A stretch of 7,039 bases of DNA from Paramicrosporidium saccamoebae KSL3 (taxonomy: Eukaryota > Fungi > Cryptomycota), in NCBI GenBank assembly GCA_002794465.1, contig MTSL01000111.1, forward strand, positions 1 to 7,039, read 5' to 3'. The position numbers and the translations under genes are program-made. Under the pieces are notes generated by a model that saw nothing but the letters and a program-made list of their open reading frames with translations, did not search any database and was not told the origin of the DNA. Numbering within the stretch: the first letter of the stretch is position 1; the number at the start of each line of letters is the position of its first letter. Of the stretch, positions 6,559 through 7,039 are shown piece after piece.

Positions 6559-7005
6559 TTAGTGATGCCCACCTTCACTTATACTGTCTTCTTCGGCCGG
6601 TCTATGCGGGTTGAGAAAGCTGTGAATGTATTCGGCAATCTCTTTTGGTGTTTGCACCTTGTCTGCTACGGCATCCGGAATCTCCATGTGAAACTCTTCT
6701 TCTAATGCAATCATGACTTCTACCACATCCAAGCTATCCAGGCCAAGCTGCGAAAAAGGTGTATCCGAAGAAAGCTTTGCTGCATCGACTTTGTCGAAAG
6801 TTTTGAGCACTGAGAGGACGCGGCTCTCAGTCTCCGCCGGGGAGCTGTGAGTGCTGCTGAAACGCACTGTCTGGAATGGCATGGCCAGACGAGTAGGCTT
6901 TATAGCTACGCTACGATGCGTTTCGATGGATGCAGCATGGAAGCGACGGGCAAAGGACACCGGAGAGCGAATTAATCGCCGAATAATGGCAACAGACCGA
7001 TGCAT
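6559..7005 (-). CDS. ACP1: Mitochondrial acyl carrier protein precursor (ACP1/NDUFAB1 family), intronless, 148 aa
   Basis: LGLDSLDVVEVMIALEEEF.MEIPD..ADK carries the phosphopantetheine Ser91 (6735-6733). An Arg/Ser-rich presequence of about 49 aa, nearly free of acidic residues, ends in VRF/SS, which resembles an MPP cleavage site. Confidence 0.95.
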   Translation of the reverse strand: MHRSVAIIRRLIRSPVSFARRFHAASIETHRSVAIKPTRLAMPFQTVRFSSTHSSPAETESRVLSVLKTFDKVDAAKLSSDTPFSQLGLDSLDVVEVMIALEEEFHMEIPDAVADKVQTPKEIAEYIHSFLNPHRPAEEDSISEGGHH

Positions 7006-7039
7006 AAAATAATTAGTTGTAGGAATTGGTATAGAACGG

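Noticed and set aside
1056-7005. Functional cluster linking TANGO2 (proposed acyl-CoA/lipid role), mitochondrial ACP and the acyl-lysine reader Yaf9
   Set aside because: Adjacency of housekeeping genes in a compact eukaryotic genome is not evidence of a pathway, and ALG11 and TOP3A intervene. Conserved synteny across lineages would be needed.
7025-7029. CCAAT on the minus strand about 20 nt upstream of the ACP start
   Set aside because: It is only a bare pentamer with poor flanks at the window edge, which is insufficient to call a HAP/NF-Y site.

Overview
This is eukaryotic nuclear DNA, about 45% GC by eye and extremely gene-dense. It holds five housekeeping genes in strictly alternating orientation: YAF9/GAS41-type YEATS protein (-), TANGO2/NRDE-family protein (+), ALG11 mannosyltransferase (-), topoisomerase III alpha (+) and mitochondrial acyl carrier protein (-). 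The ORF track is fragmented because four genes carry seven very short GT-AG introns (30-38 nt), which I reconstructed by restoring conserved protein motifs. Gaps between coding regions are 67, -27 (overlap), 60 and 102 nt. TAA, TAG and TGA all serve as stops, so the code is standard. The layout suggests a compacted fungal-like genome, possibly Rozellomycota or early microsporidia-like, but this is inference only. I found no prokaryote-style novel system, mobile element, CRISPR array or RNA gene. The most interesting points are the tiny-intron grammar, a 60-nt bidirectional promoter with CCAAT and NRF1-like sites, a codon-aligned antisense overlap, and a hierarchical 10-aa repeat inside the Top3 C-terminal linker.
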